A stretch of DNA of 64,000 nt from Candidatus Latescibacterota bacterium. Its GTDB lineage: Bacteria; Latescibacterota; UBA2968; UBA8231. The translations under genes were made by a program, and so were the position numbers. Below, one piece after another: positions 20,501 to 28,732 of the stretch. Under the pieces are notes generated by a model. That model saw nothing but the letters and a program-made list of their open reading frames with translations, was not told the DNA's origin and made no database searches. Location of the stretch: NCBI GenBank assembly GCA_965243025.1, contig CBDETY010000003.1, forward strand, positions 5,856,001 to 5,920,000, written 5' to 3'. How positions within the stretch are numbered: the stretch's first letter is position 1; the number at the start of each line of letters is the position of its first letter.

Positions 20501-20766
20501 AGCGCTTCCGCCCGATCCTGCTGACCTCGCTGACGACCTTCTTCGCCCTGCTGCCGATGATTCTGGAGAAGAGCGTGCAGGCGCAGTTCCTGATTCCGAT
20601 GGCGGTCAGCCTCGCCTTCGGGATCCTGTTCGCCACCGGGATCATCCTCGTCGGGGTCCCCGCGACGATGAAGGTGGCGGCCTGGTTGCAGGAGCTGGCA
20701 GCCGGCAGGCCCCTTCCGGAAACCCCTCTTCCGGCGCCGGTTCAACCTGCCCGCAACGCGCCTTGA
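17554..20766 (+). CDS. RND efflux permease (AcrB/AcrD/AcrF family)
   Basis: 1070 aa; LGIVVDDAIVVGEN, RFRPILLTSLTT; ATGA overlap with the adaptor gene. Confidence 0.95.
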   Translation: MKGPVTWMARNHVAANLLMCFLLLSGFLGIAGMRKETFPEFSFDQIQVQVPYLGASPEEVEDGVCRRVEERLAGLSGIRRIQSTASEGMGIIMAELEPGTDTSRMLDDIKAAVDRIETFPAETEKPVVMDVVRRNQVIDVVVYGDVPEKTLKVVAEQVRDDLRATPGISQVELSGVRVDEISIEVPERSLREHGLNFAGISGAVRRASLDMPGGSVRSEEGEILVRTKGLKYRGSEYADIPVLSRADGTQLKLGDIAKIVDGFEDSDLISRFNGLPAAVVQVYRTGDQSALEISGFVKEYIEEQRVHLPAGVGIDYARDDARLLLGRLDLLLRNAQLGLVLVFICLSLFLNLRLAFWVMMGIPISLLGSFLLMQPFDVSINMLSLFAFIVALGIVVDDAIVVGENIFAHRERGKDFLTAAVDGTLEVGKPVVFAIFTSVAAFAPLAFVAGMMGKFMGVIPIIVVSMLLVSLVEALVILPAHLSGKGDGPLQRAWTRLFRAPLRWHGALRRGVDRNLRRLIDGPYTRLVRAAVASPFTALAAGLALLLGTAGMITGGHLKFTFMPEIDSDWLVVSLAMPQGTTAAQTETVVSRIERAALEIRDEYDGQGTGGPSVFKHVFTVIGDQPMGRRSQVATPAGGGQGHLAEVTIELLPSELRHVGTTEIAARLRDRVGEIPGVESLRFTASIFSVGNEIEVQLSSEDFDRLLTAVERLKEEVASYPGTGDIEDSFQEGKQEMRLSLKPAARTLGITLADLGRQVRQGFYGDQALRVQRGNDDVRVMVRYPEGERRTLNDIESMRIRTPSGAEVPFSDVAESSIGFGYANIRRIEGERVVSVTADVDEAVANADEINADLETRFLPRLLEDYPGLRYSYAGEQRERADSFSSLGRGFVVAMFAIYALLAVPFRSYIQPLVVMSAIPFGIVGAVWGHVLMGLDLGLLSIFGFVALSGVVVNDSLILLSFYNQLREQGVERDQALVEAGRQRFRPILLTSLTTFFALLPMILEKSVQAQFLIPMAVSLAFGILFATGIILVGVPATMKVAAWLQELAAGRPLPETPLPAPVQPARNAP

Positions 20767-20790
20767 CACTCGAGGGGCCCCGGCTATCTT
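20763..20790 (+). promoter_or_regulatory. sigma70-type promoter for the molybdoenzyme operon
   Basis: TTGACA-16 nt-TATCTT; the -35 overlaps the RND stop codon. Confidence 0.5.
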
Positions 20791-20875
20791 TGCCGGTCGC
20801 TTCAGAGGGAAATCCACGAATTGAGGGACCGGCGGCGTCCCGGCGCCGGTTGTGTCGAAAACAAGGAGCAGGGCT

Positions 20876-21784
20876 TTGAAAAACTTCGAATACACGGCTC
20901 CGCAAACCCTGAGAGAGGCAGTCAGACTGCTTGCGGAGAAGGGGTCGGGGGCGCGCGTCCTGGCGGGGGGAACCGACCTGATAGTACAGATGCGGATCAA
21001 CCGGCACCGGCCCGACAGGGTCGTCGACGTCAAGAACGTTCCCGAGGTGAACGAGCTGGCGATCAGGCCGCGCAAGGGCCTCGTAATCGGCGCCGCGGTT
21101 CCCTGCCACCGCATCTACGACGACAGCGAGATCAGCGAGCGCTACCCGGGTCTCGTCGACGCGGCGGCGATAATCGGCGGCATCCAGATCCAGGGCCGCG
21201 CCACCTTCGGCGGCAACCTCTGCAACTCATCGCCGAGCGCCGACACCACGCCGATCCTGATCGCCCACGGAGCCACAGCGGAAATCACCGGCCCGGGGGG
21301 CAAGCGGCGCGTCGCCGTCGAGGATTTCTGCACCGGCCCGGGAACCAACGTCCTGACCGACGGCGAGCTTCTGGTCTCCCTCGTGGTTCCGCCCGATCGC
21401 AGGAACAGCGGTTCCCACTACCTGCGTTTCATTCCGAGAAACGAAATGGATATCGCCGTCGTCGGCGCCGGGGCATACGTCGAGCTCGGCAGGCGCGGCA
21501 AGGTCTTCAAGAGCGCCCGCATCGCCCTCGGTGCGGTCGCACCTGTTCCTCTGTACGCCAGGGAGGCGGGCGAGGGCCTCGCCGGCAAGCCGGTGAGCGA
21601 GGAAACGATCGCCGAGGCGGCGGAGGCGGCCAAGGGGATCGCCAGACCGATTTCCGACATGCGCGGTCCGGCGGAGTATCGCACCCACCTCGTCGGGGTC
21701 CTGGTCAAGCGGGCACTCAACGGCGCCGTCGCCCGCGCCCGCGGCCAGTTCGTCGCCAACGCCGTTCAGGAGGCCGCGGGCTGA
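20876..21784 (+). CDS. xanthine dehydrogenase/CoxM-family FAD-binding subunit
   Basis: LAGGTDL, RATFGGNLCNSSPSAD, PISDMRG; TTG start after AGGAG. Confidence 0.93.
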   Translation: MKNFEYTAPQTLREAVRLLAEKGSGARVLAGGTDLIVQMRINRHRPDRVVDVKNVPEVNELAIRPRKGLVIGAAVPCHRIYDDSEISERYPGLVDAAAIIGGIQIQGRATFGGNLCNSSPSADTTPILIAHGATAEITGPGGKRRVAVEDFCTGPGTNVLTDGELLVSLVVPPDRRNSGSHYLRFIPRNEMDIAVVGAGAYVELGRRGKVFKSARIALGAVAPVPLYAREAGEGLAGKPVSEETIAEAAEAAKGIARPISDMRGPAEYRTHLVGVLVKRALNGAVARARGQFVANAVQEAAG

Positions 21785-21868
21785 CTTTCGTCAGCCCGTC
21801 AGAGTTCGGCCAGAGGCCGAACTCTCTGTCCCGTGAGTTGAGAACCAGGCGGATCGAGTCAGCAAGCC

Positions 21869-21908
21869 AGTGAACCAGAATCGATTTTAGTGAACCAGAA
21901 TCGATTTT
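21869..21908. repeat. perfect 20-bp tandem duplication
   Basis: AGTGAACCAGAATCGATTTT x2. Confidence 0.9.
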
Positions 21909-21932
21909 AAGGAAAAGGGGCAAATCGAGATC

Positions 21933-22412
21933 ATGAGTGACAAGATTCACGTAAGCTGCACGTTGAACGGAGAGACGACCGATTTCCTGTGCGAGGCGCG
22001 GCAGAGCCTGCTCGAGGTGCTGCGCGAGGACCTGGGATTCACCGGCACCAAGGAGGGCTGCAACGACGGCAACTGCGGCGCCTGCAGCGTGCTGGTCGAC
22101 GGCGTGCTGGTCGACTCCTGCCTGGTGTTCGCCGTCGAGGCCGACGGCAAGGAGATCACAACCGTCGAGGGGATGGCGACCCCCGAGGGGCTGCATCCCC
22201 TGCAGCAGAAGTTCCTCGAGCACGCGAGCCTGCAGTGCGGCATCTGCACCCCGGGGTTCCTCGTCGCCAGCAAGGCGCTGCTCGACAGGAACCCGGATCC
22301 CAGCGAGCACGAAGTCCGGCACTGGCTGGCCGGGAACCTCTGCCGCTGCACGGGGTACGACAAGATCGTCCGCGCCGTCCTCGACGCCGCCGAGGTCGCG
22401 CGCGGCGCCTGA
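21933..22412 (+). CDS. (2Fe-2S)-binding subunit (CoxS family)
   Basis: GCNDGNCGAC, QCGICTPG, GNLCRCTGY. Confidence 0.95.
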   Translation: MSDKIHVSCTLNGETTDFLCEARQSLLEVLREDLGFTGTKEGCNDGNCGACSVLVDGVLVDSCLVFAVEADGKEITTVEGMATPEGLHPLQQKFLEHASLQCGICTPGFLVASKALLDRNPDPSEHEVRHWLAGNLCRCTGYDKIVRAVLDAAEVARGA

Positions 22413-22464
22413 AAGGCGGCCAGACTCAGGAACAACCAGCTTTCCGAAACACGGAGGATGACAG

Positions 22465-24777
22465 ATGGCATCGTCCCACGGCGAGATTCGCGACTACGGC
22501 AACAAGGAGTACAAGGTCATCGGCACCCGGCCGATACGGCACGACGGCACCGACAAGGTGACCGGCCGCGCGGTGTACGGGGGCGATGTGCAGCTTCCCG
22601 GCATGCTCTACGGGCAGGTGCTGCGCTCCCCTCACGGGCACGCCCGCATCAGGTCGATCGACACCAGCAGGGCCGAGGCGCTGGAGGGGGTGCGCGCCGT
22701 GGTCACCGGAATGGGGGACCTGCCCCCGACCGAAGGGGACGAGATCGTCGACCTCGGCGAGGGGCCGGCCAAGCTGAAATACATGCGCGACAACGTCCTG
22801 GCCACCGACAAGGTGCTCTACCGCGGCCATGCCGTCGCCGGGGTCGCCGCGATCAACCAGCACATCGCCGAGGAAGCCCTCGGCCTGATCGACGTCGACT
22901 ACGAGGTGCTGCCGCCGTACACCGAGGTCCTCGAGGCGATGAAGGAGGATGCCGTGCTCCTGCACGAGGACCTGACCACGCAGGAGTTCGGCGAGGACAC
23001 CGGCAGGAAGAGCAACATCGCCTCGCACAACCAGGACAAGCTCGGGGACATCGCCGAGGGCTTTGCACGGGCCGACGTGGTGGCTGAGTACGAGGTCAAC
23101 ACCGCCACGGTCCACCAGGGGTACATCGAACCGCACAACGGCACCGCTTCCTGGAGCCAGGACGGCAACCTGACGGTCTGGACCAGCACCCAGGGCTCCT
23201 TCACCGCCCGCGGTCAGCTCGGGGCCGTGCTGGACGTTCCGGTGCAGAAGGTCAAGGTGGTGCCGCAGGAGATCGGCGGCGGCTTCGGCGGCAAGATCCC
23301 GGTCTACCTCGAGCCGGTGGCGGCGCTGCTTTCGCGCAAGACCGGACAGCCGGTCAAGATCATCATGACCCGGGCAGACTGCTTCGAGGGAACCGGTCCG
23401 ACCCCGGGATCGTTCGTGCGCGTCAGGATGGGGGCCGACAGCAACGGCAAGTTGACCGCCGCGGAGGCCTGGATCGCCTTCGAGGCCGGGGGGTATCCCG
23501 GCTCGCCGGTGTTCTGCGCGGCAATGTGCGTCTTTTCCTGCTACGACATACCCAACTGTCTCGTCGACAGTTTCGACGTGGTGACCAACAAGCCGCGCAG
23601 CTTCGCCTACCGCGCCCCGGGATCGACTCACGTCGCCTTCGCTACCGAAAAGGTGATGGACGATCTCGCCGCCCAGCTCGGCATGGATCCGGTGGAGTTC
23701 CGCCTGCAGAACGTCGCCGTCGAGGGAACGCGGCGCTCCGACGGCGTCGTCTACCCGCGCATAGGGGCAAGGGAGTGCCTGGAGGTGATGCGCGACCACG
23801 ACCATTACAAGGCTCCGCTGGAAGGGCCGAACCGGGGCCGCGGCGTAGCGATCGGATACTGGTTCAACATCGGCTTCAAGTCCGCCGTGACCGCCTCCGT
23901 GAACGACGACGGCACCGTTAACCTCGTCGAGGGCTCCACCGACATCGGCGGCACCCGCACCAGCATCGCCATGCAGTTCGCCGAGACCCTCGGGCTGGCC
24001 GCGGAGGCGATCAACCCCGCGGTGGTCGACACCAACTCCATCGGTTTCACCGACGTAACCGGGGGCAGCCGGGTGACCTACGCCACCGGCTGGGCCGCCC
24101 ACGACGCCGCCATCGACGTCCGCAACCAGATGGTCGAGCGGGCCGCCGCCCTGTGGGAGGTCGATGCCGCGGACGTCGAATTCGAGGACGGTTCCTTCCG
24201 CACCAGGGACGGGGCGAAACAGCTGAGCTTCAAGGAGCTGGCCGGAAAGCTGGGGGAAACCGGCGGTCCGGTGATCGGCAAGGCCTCAGTCGATCCCAAC
24301 GCCGGCGTCGGCGGCTCGTTTGCGGCCAACATCGTCGACGTCGAGGTCGACCCGGAGACCGGAAAGGTCACCATCCTGCGCTTCACCGCCATCCAGGATG
24401 CCGGCAAGGCGATCCACCCGAGCTACGTCGAGGGCCAGATGCAGGGCGGATCGGTTCAGGGTATCGGATGGGCTCTCAACGAAGAGTACTTCTACAACGA
24501 GGGGGTCATGGAGAACTCGACTTTCCTCGACTACCGCATTCCCACCACCCTCGACCTGCCGATGATCGACACCGTCATCGTCGAGGTGCCCAACCCCGGC
24601 CACCCGTTCGGGGTCCGCGGCGTCGGCGAGGCGAACATCGCTCCGCCGCCGGCCGCGATCGCGTCGGCCATCTCCGACGCCACCGGCTTGCGGCTCTGCG
24701 AGCTGCCGATGCGCCCCGACCGCATCGCCGCGGCAATCGCGGAAAAACGGGAGGCGGATTCGCTGGCCGCCGGATAG
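22465..24777 (+). CDS. xanthine dehydrogenase-family molybdopterin-binding subunit
   Basis: IGGGFGGK, AYRAPG, EGQMQGG, GVRGVGE. Confidence 0.93.
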   Translation: MASSHGEIRDYGNKEYKVIGTRPIRHDGTDKVTGRAVYGGDVQLPGMLYGQVLRSPHGHARIRSIDTSRAEALEGVRAVVTGMGDLPPTEGDEIVDLGEGPAKLKYMRDNVLATDKVLYRGHAVAGVAAINQHIAEEALGLIDVDYEVLPPYTEVLEAMKEDAVLLHEDLTTQEFGEDTGRKSNIASHNQDKLGDIAEGFARADVVAEYEVNTATVHQGYIEPHNGTASWSQDGNLTVWTSTQGSFTARGQLGAVLDVPVQKVKVVPQEIGGGFGGKIPVYLEPVAALLSRKTGQPVKIIMTRADCFEGTGPTPGSFVRVRMGADSNGKLTAAEAWIAFEAGGYPGSPVFCAAMCVFSCYDIPNCLVDSFDVVTNKPRSFAYRAPGSTHVAFATEKVMDDLAAQLGMDPVEFRLQNVAVEGTRRSDGVVYPRIGARECLEVMRDHDHYKAPLEGPNRGRGVAIGYWFNIGFKSAVTASVNDDGTVNLVEGSTDIGGTRTSIAMQFAETLGLAAEAINPAVVDTNSIGFTDVTGGSRVTYATGWAAHDAAIDVRNQMVERAAALWEVDAADVEFEDGSFRTRDGAKQLSFKELAGKLGETGGPVIGKASVDPNAGVGGSFAANIVDVEVDPETGKVTILRFTAIQDAGKAIHPSYVEGQMQGGSVQGIGWALNEEYFYNEGVMENSTFLDYRIPTTLDLPMIDTVIVEVPNPGHPFGVRGVGEANIAPPPAAIASAISDATGLRLCELPMRPDRIAAAIAEKREADSLAAG

Positions 24778-24808
24778 TCCCGGCGCGCCGGCAGCGGCAT
24801 CATTTCTC

Positions 24809-25096
24809 ATGCCGACCGTTTGGATCCCACCCCTGTGGAGAGACAAGCTCACCGGGGGGCAGGAGACGGTGGAAGTTTCCGGCGGCACGGTGCGTGAAAT
24901 CGTCGCCGAGCTCGAGGCCCGGTTTCCCGGGATCCGCGAGCGCCTCGTCGACGAGGAGGAAGACCGGATTCGCCGCAACATCGCCGTCGCCGTCGACGGG
25001 GAGGTGTCTCGGGAGGGAATGCGAAGGAAGGTTCCCGAGGGGGCTGAGGTCCACTTCCTGCCGGCGATGAGCGGCGGAAGCCGGGTTCGCGGCTGA
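24809..25096 (+). CDS. MoaD/ThiS-family sulfur carrier protein
   Basis: Beta-grasp pattern ending VHFLPAMSGG, followed by SRVRG. Confidence 0.85.
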   Translation: MPTVWIPPLWRDKLTGGQETVEVSGGTVREIVAELEARFPGIRERLVDEEEDRIRRNIAVAVDGEVSREGMRRKVPEGAEVHFLPAMSGGSRVRG

Positions 25097-25250
25097 GCCA
25101 GACCTTGGTTTCACCCTTCCGGCGCCCTCCAGGAGAACCTCACACCTGGTGGTGGTGGCCGACCCCGTAGCTTCCCCGTTTCCGACCGGCCTTCGACAGG
25201 ATCCTCATTCCCCCTTCCCCTGCGCGAGGCGGCCCGTTGACTGAAGGCGT

Positions 25251-26915
25251 CTACCTTGTGAGGGTGACGAAGAGAAGCACGATGGTGGACACCTCGCCGA
25301 TGACCGCCATCGACTGCGTGAAGATCGTCCAGTAGTCGCGCTCCGGTTTCTCCTTGATCCAGATGCGGTCTCCGGGGTCGATCACCCTCACGTCCTTGGC
25401 CAGCTTGCTCTGGCCGGTGCGCGCCTTGATGACGCGCACGTCGTCCGAAGCCCGCCAGCCGTACCCCCCGGCGGCCTCGATGTAGTCCCAGACGGAATAG
25501 TCGGGATTGTAGACGATGGCGCCCGGACTCGTCGCCGCCCCGCTGACCATGACCGTCTGCTGCAGGCGCGGAACGATGATCGCGTCTCCCGGCAGCAGCT
25601 CGATATCCTGGGATTCGTCCCCGGCCTCGAGGGCGACGAAATCGACGACCATCTGGCCCGGTTTCTCCCGGCTCTTCATGATGAAGTACTGATTCTCGTC
25701 CTCGGTCCTGTCCGCCGGGGGGATCCAGCGGATGCGCTCGAATTCGGGATCCTCGGCGACCTGCTCCCGCAGCCTGACCACTCTCGCTTCGGAGAGAGCG
25801 GCCTCGCGGGTGAAGCCGCCGGCTAGGCGGATCACCCCGCTCAGGGAGGTTCCGTTTTCCTCGACGACGTGGAAACCCGGAAGCTTCACCTCCCCGACGA
25901 TCTGGACCGTGCTGCGGCCGTGATATCCGGTCAGTTTGCGAAGAACGATCCAGTCCTCGGGCTCCAGGGGCAGGTCGGCCTCTTCCCGTCCCTGCAGAAT
26001 CGCCTCTACATCGATCTTGCGGGTGTACTGGGTCTTGCCGTCCTCGCGGTAGCGGAAGAGAAGGGCGTTGTCGGGATCGTAGGAGGCAGCTGGCCCGTGG
26101 GCGAGGGTGAGGAGGTCGCTGATGCGGTCCCCTTCGACGAACTCGAAGACATGGGGCCGATGAACCGCCTCGTGGGCGACGACCTGGCCCCTCCGCGCCG
26201 GCACCAGGACGATGTCGCCGTCTTCGATGAACGGGTTGTACCGGGACAGCCCGGTCGCTTCGTACAGTCCCAGGTCGACGCGGCGGGACTGCAGCGTGTC
26301 GAGGGCGCTGGTATCTCCCTGCCGGGCGCGCGAGCCCAACTCCATGGCCGCGGCCGCGTCGAGCCCGGTCTTGAGGAGGAGGATGTTCCGGCTCGAGGCG
26401 AAAGGAGCCAGACCTCCCGCCTTGCGGATCAACTCGCCGACCCGCTCCACCCCGCTGGTCTGGCGGATTCCCGGCTCTTCCACCATGCCGACGACGGAAA
26501 CCGGGAACTGCCGGAGATCGCTGAGCTCGACGTGGATGTTGCCGACCCTCACCGTCTGTCGGAAGGCGTCGGCAATCGCCTTGTGCGCATCCCGCAGCCG
26601 CAGTCCGCCGACCTGAACCGGTCCGACCTTCGGGACGAACAGACCGCCCTCCGAAAGTACCGGGGCAATGTACGGTTCTTCCATATAGGTGGCGAAGATC
26701 AGGAACTTGTCACCGGGCCCCACCAGGTAGTTGCCGCTCGCCAGCACCTCGTGGAAAGCCTCCATGCCGATAAGGGCGGGCTGCGCTTCAGTGGGTTTCT
26801 CTTCCGGCTCGACGACGACGATCTGGGGTTCGTCCTCCTCCTCCTGAGCAGCGGCGAAAGCAGTCAGGGCCAGCAGCCAAGCCCCGGCGGCGAACAGGGA
26901 ACCGGGCCGTTTCAT
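25251..26915 (-). CDS. polysaccharide export protein with SLBB domains (Wza/KpsD-like)
   Basis: Signal peptide, YLVGPGD, repeated GxVxxPG/AGG SLBB units; start 26915 (ATGA overlap) or 26933. Confidence 0.85.
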   Translation of the reverse strand: MKRPGSLFAAGAWLLALTAFAAAQEEEDEPQIVVVEPEEKPTEAQPALIGMEAFHEVLASGNYLVGPGDKFLIFATYMEEPYIAPVLSEGGLFVPKVGPVQVGGLRLRDAHKAIADAFRQTVRVGNIHVELSDLRQFPVSVVGMVEEPGIRQTSGVERVGELIRKAGGLAPFASSRNILLLKTGLDAAAAMELGSRARQGDTSALDTLQSRRVDLGLYEATGLSRYNPFIEDGDIVLVPARRGQVVAHEAVHRPHVFEFVEGDRISDLLTLAHGPAASYDPDNALLFRYREDGKTQYTRKIDVEAILQGREEADLPLEPEDWIVLRKLTGYHGRSTVQIVGEVKLPGFHVVEENGTSLSGVIRLAGGFTREAALSEARVVRLREQVAEDPEFERIRWIPPADRTEDENQYFIMKSREKPGQMVVDFVALEAGDESQDIELLPGDAIIVPRLQQTVMVSGAATSPGAIVYNPDYSVWDYIEAAGGYGWRASDDVRVIKARTGQSKLAKDVRVIDPGDRIWIKEKPERDYWTIFTQSMAVIGEVSTIVLLFVTLTR

Positions 26916-27095
26916 GGCGGGGTCCCCGGCCATGACGGCGACCTCCTGCAGGCGGTGATTTTCATGTTGCCGTCTTCTCCTTTTTGGGCGTAAAGCCGGA
27001 ATCCGTCGGCGGCGTAGCTGCCGAACACCCCCACTCCTCCGTCGACGTGGAAGATCGGGCCGCTGTCGCTGTCGGCGCCGGAGACCCCGTTCAAG
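26912..27095 (-). pseudogene. 3' remnant of a gene (resembles a DUF4249-type C-terminus)
   Basis: Coding-like peptide GPIFHVDGGVGVFGSYAADGFRL whose TGA overlaps the downstream ATG; no room for a full-length 5' part. Confidence 0.45.
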
Positions 27096-27138
27096 CTGTG
27101 AAGGGGGCGGGAAGCGGACCCTGGAACCGGTTCAAGGA

Positions 27139-27585
27139 TCAGCGCTCCCCGGTCGACCCGAAGCCGCCGCCGCCGCGGCTCGAAGCGCCCAGTTGCCCGG
27201 TCTCGGTCAGTTCCGCCCGGGTCACCGGCGCGAACACGATCTGCGCGATCCGGTCTCCCGGCTCGACGACCTGCTCCTCGCCCGAATGGTTGATCAGGAT
27301 CACCCCTACCTCGCCGCGGTAGTCGGCGTCGATCGTTCCGGGGGCGTTGAGCACCGACAGCCCGCGTTGGAGGGCGAGGCCGCTGCGCGGCCGCACCTGT
27401 CCTTCGAAGCCGGCGGGGATTTCCAGGCGCAGGCCGGTCGGAACGAGGGCGCGCTCTCCCGGGGCGAGGCGGAGCGGCTCGCCGAGGTCGGCGCGCAGAT
27501 CCATGCCGGCGCTGCCGGCGGTTTCGTATTCCGGCAGGGGGTTGTCGGTCCGGCGCTGGACCCGGACTGAAAGCGGGGGGCTCAC
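27139..27585 (-). CDS. dut: dUTP diphosphatase
   Basis: [39 protein letters not shown]; GTG start inferred. Confidence 0.96.
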   Translation of the reverse strand: MSPPLSVRVQRRTDNPLPEYETAGSAGMDLRADLGEPLRLAPGERALVPTGLRLEIPAGFEGQVRPRSGLALQRGLSVLNAPGTIDADYRGEVGVILINHSGEEQVVEPGDRIAQIVFAPVTRAELTETGQLGASSRGGGGFGSTGER

Positions 27586-27720
27586 GGGGCTGGGCGGTGC
27601 GGCGTTTCCGGGGCCCTTCTCTTTTCGGAGAAGGTGCCGCATTCAGGCTGCAGACCGCGGCGCGGACTGCCCGTACCGGCGCCATGGCGATCGACGTCGG
27701 CCATGCCGGGCGGGGGCGTT

Positions 27721-28725
27721 TCAACGGTGCGCATACTGCTTCTCGTAGTAGGCCCGGTACTCTTCTCCGGACTTGATCCGGCGCCACCATACCTCGTTGC
27801 GGACGTACCAGTCGACGGTATCGCTCATCGAGGCGGCCAGATCGCGCCGGGGCTTCCAGCCAAGTGCGGCGATCCTGGAGGAGTCGAGGGCGTAGCGGCG
27901 GTCGTGGCCGCTGCGGTCCCTGACGAACTCGATCAGCGATACCGGCTTTCCGAGCTGCCCGAGTACCGTGCGCGCGACCTCGAGGCCGTTCGACTCGTTC
28001 TCCCCCCCGACGTTGTAGACCTCCCCCACCTGTCCCTGGCGCAGCACGAGGTCGATCGCTTCGCAGTGGTCCTCGACATGGAGGTGATCGCGCACCTGTC
28101 TGCCGTCGCCGTAGACCGGCAGCGGCCGGTCGTCGATGGCGTTGGTGATGTAGAGGGGAACCCGCTTCTCCGGGTACTGGTAGGGGCCGATGTTGTTGGA
28201 CGCCCGGGTGATCACCGCGGGCAGGCCGTGGTTCAGGTGGTAGGCCCGCACCAGGATGTCGGCGCACGCTTTGCTCGCCGAGTAGGGATTGCGCGGGTCG
28301 ACGGGGGACTCCTCGGTCCAGGCCCCCTCCTCGACGCTGCCGTAGACCTCGTCGGTGCTGACCTGGTGAAAGCGCTCGACCCCGTAACGCCTGGCCGCCT
28401 CCAGCAGCACCGCCGTCCCGTACACGTTGGTGCGCACGAACTCGGCCCCGCCGAGCAGGGAGCGGTCGACGTGGCTCTCGGCGGCGAAGTGGACGACGGC
28501 GTCCGCCTCTTCCACGAGGGGATCGACGGCCTGCGGGTCGCAGACGTCTCCACGCACGAACCGGTAGCGCCGATCCCCCTCGAGATCGGCGAGGTTCTCG
28601 AGGTTACCGGCGTAGGTCAGCTTGTCGAGGTTGGTGACGTTGCAGCCGGGGTACCGGGCCAGCAGGTAGCGCACGAAATTGCTGCCGATGAAACCGCACC
28701 CCCCGGTGACGAGAATCCTCTTCAT
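27721..28725 (-). CDS. rfbB: dTDP-glucose 4,6-dehydratase
   Basis: GGCGFIGSNF, DKLTYAGN, HFAAESHVDRS, STDEVYG, YSASK. Confidence 0.95.
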   Translation of the reverse strand: MKRILVTGGCGFIGSNFVRYLLARYPGCNVTNLDKLTYAGNLENLADLEGDRRYRFVRGDVCDPQAVDPLVEEADAVVHFAAESHVDRSLLGGAEFVRTNVYGTAVLLEAARRYGVERFHQVSTDEVYGSVEEGAWTEESPVDPRNPYSASKACADILVRAYHLNHGLPAVITRASNNIGPYQYPEKRVPLYITNAIDDRPLPVYGDGRQVRDHLHVEDHCEAIDLVLRQGQVGEVYNVGGENESNGLEVARTVLGQLGKPVSLIEFVRDRSGHDRRYALDSSRIAALGWKPRRDLAASMSDTVDWYVRNEVWWRRIKSGEEYRAYYEKQYAHR

Positions 28726-28732
28726 CTTCCGA

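Noticed and set aside
21869-21908. CRISPR array
   Set aside because: Only two adjacent copies, with no spacer and no cas genes.
22465-24777. Aerobic CO dehydrogenase (coxL)
   Set aside because: It lacks the AYXCSFR motif, and no coxDEFG accessory genes are adjacent.
25141-25209. Short minus-strand ORF MRILSKAGRKRGSYGVGHHHQV after the SLBB gene
   Set aside because: Only 22 codons with no recognisable homology, so support is insufficient.
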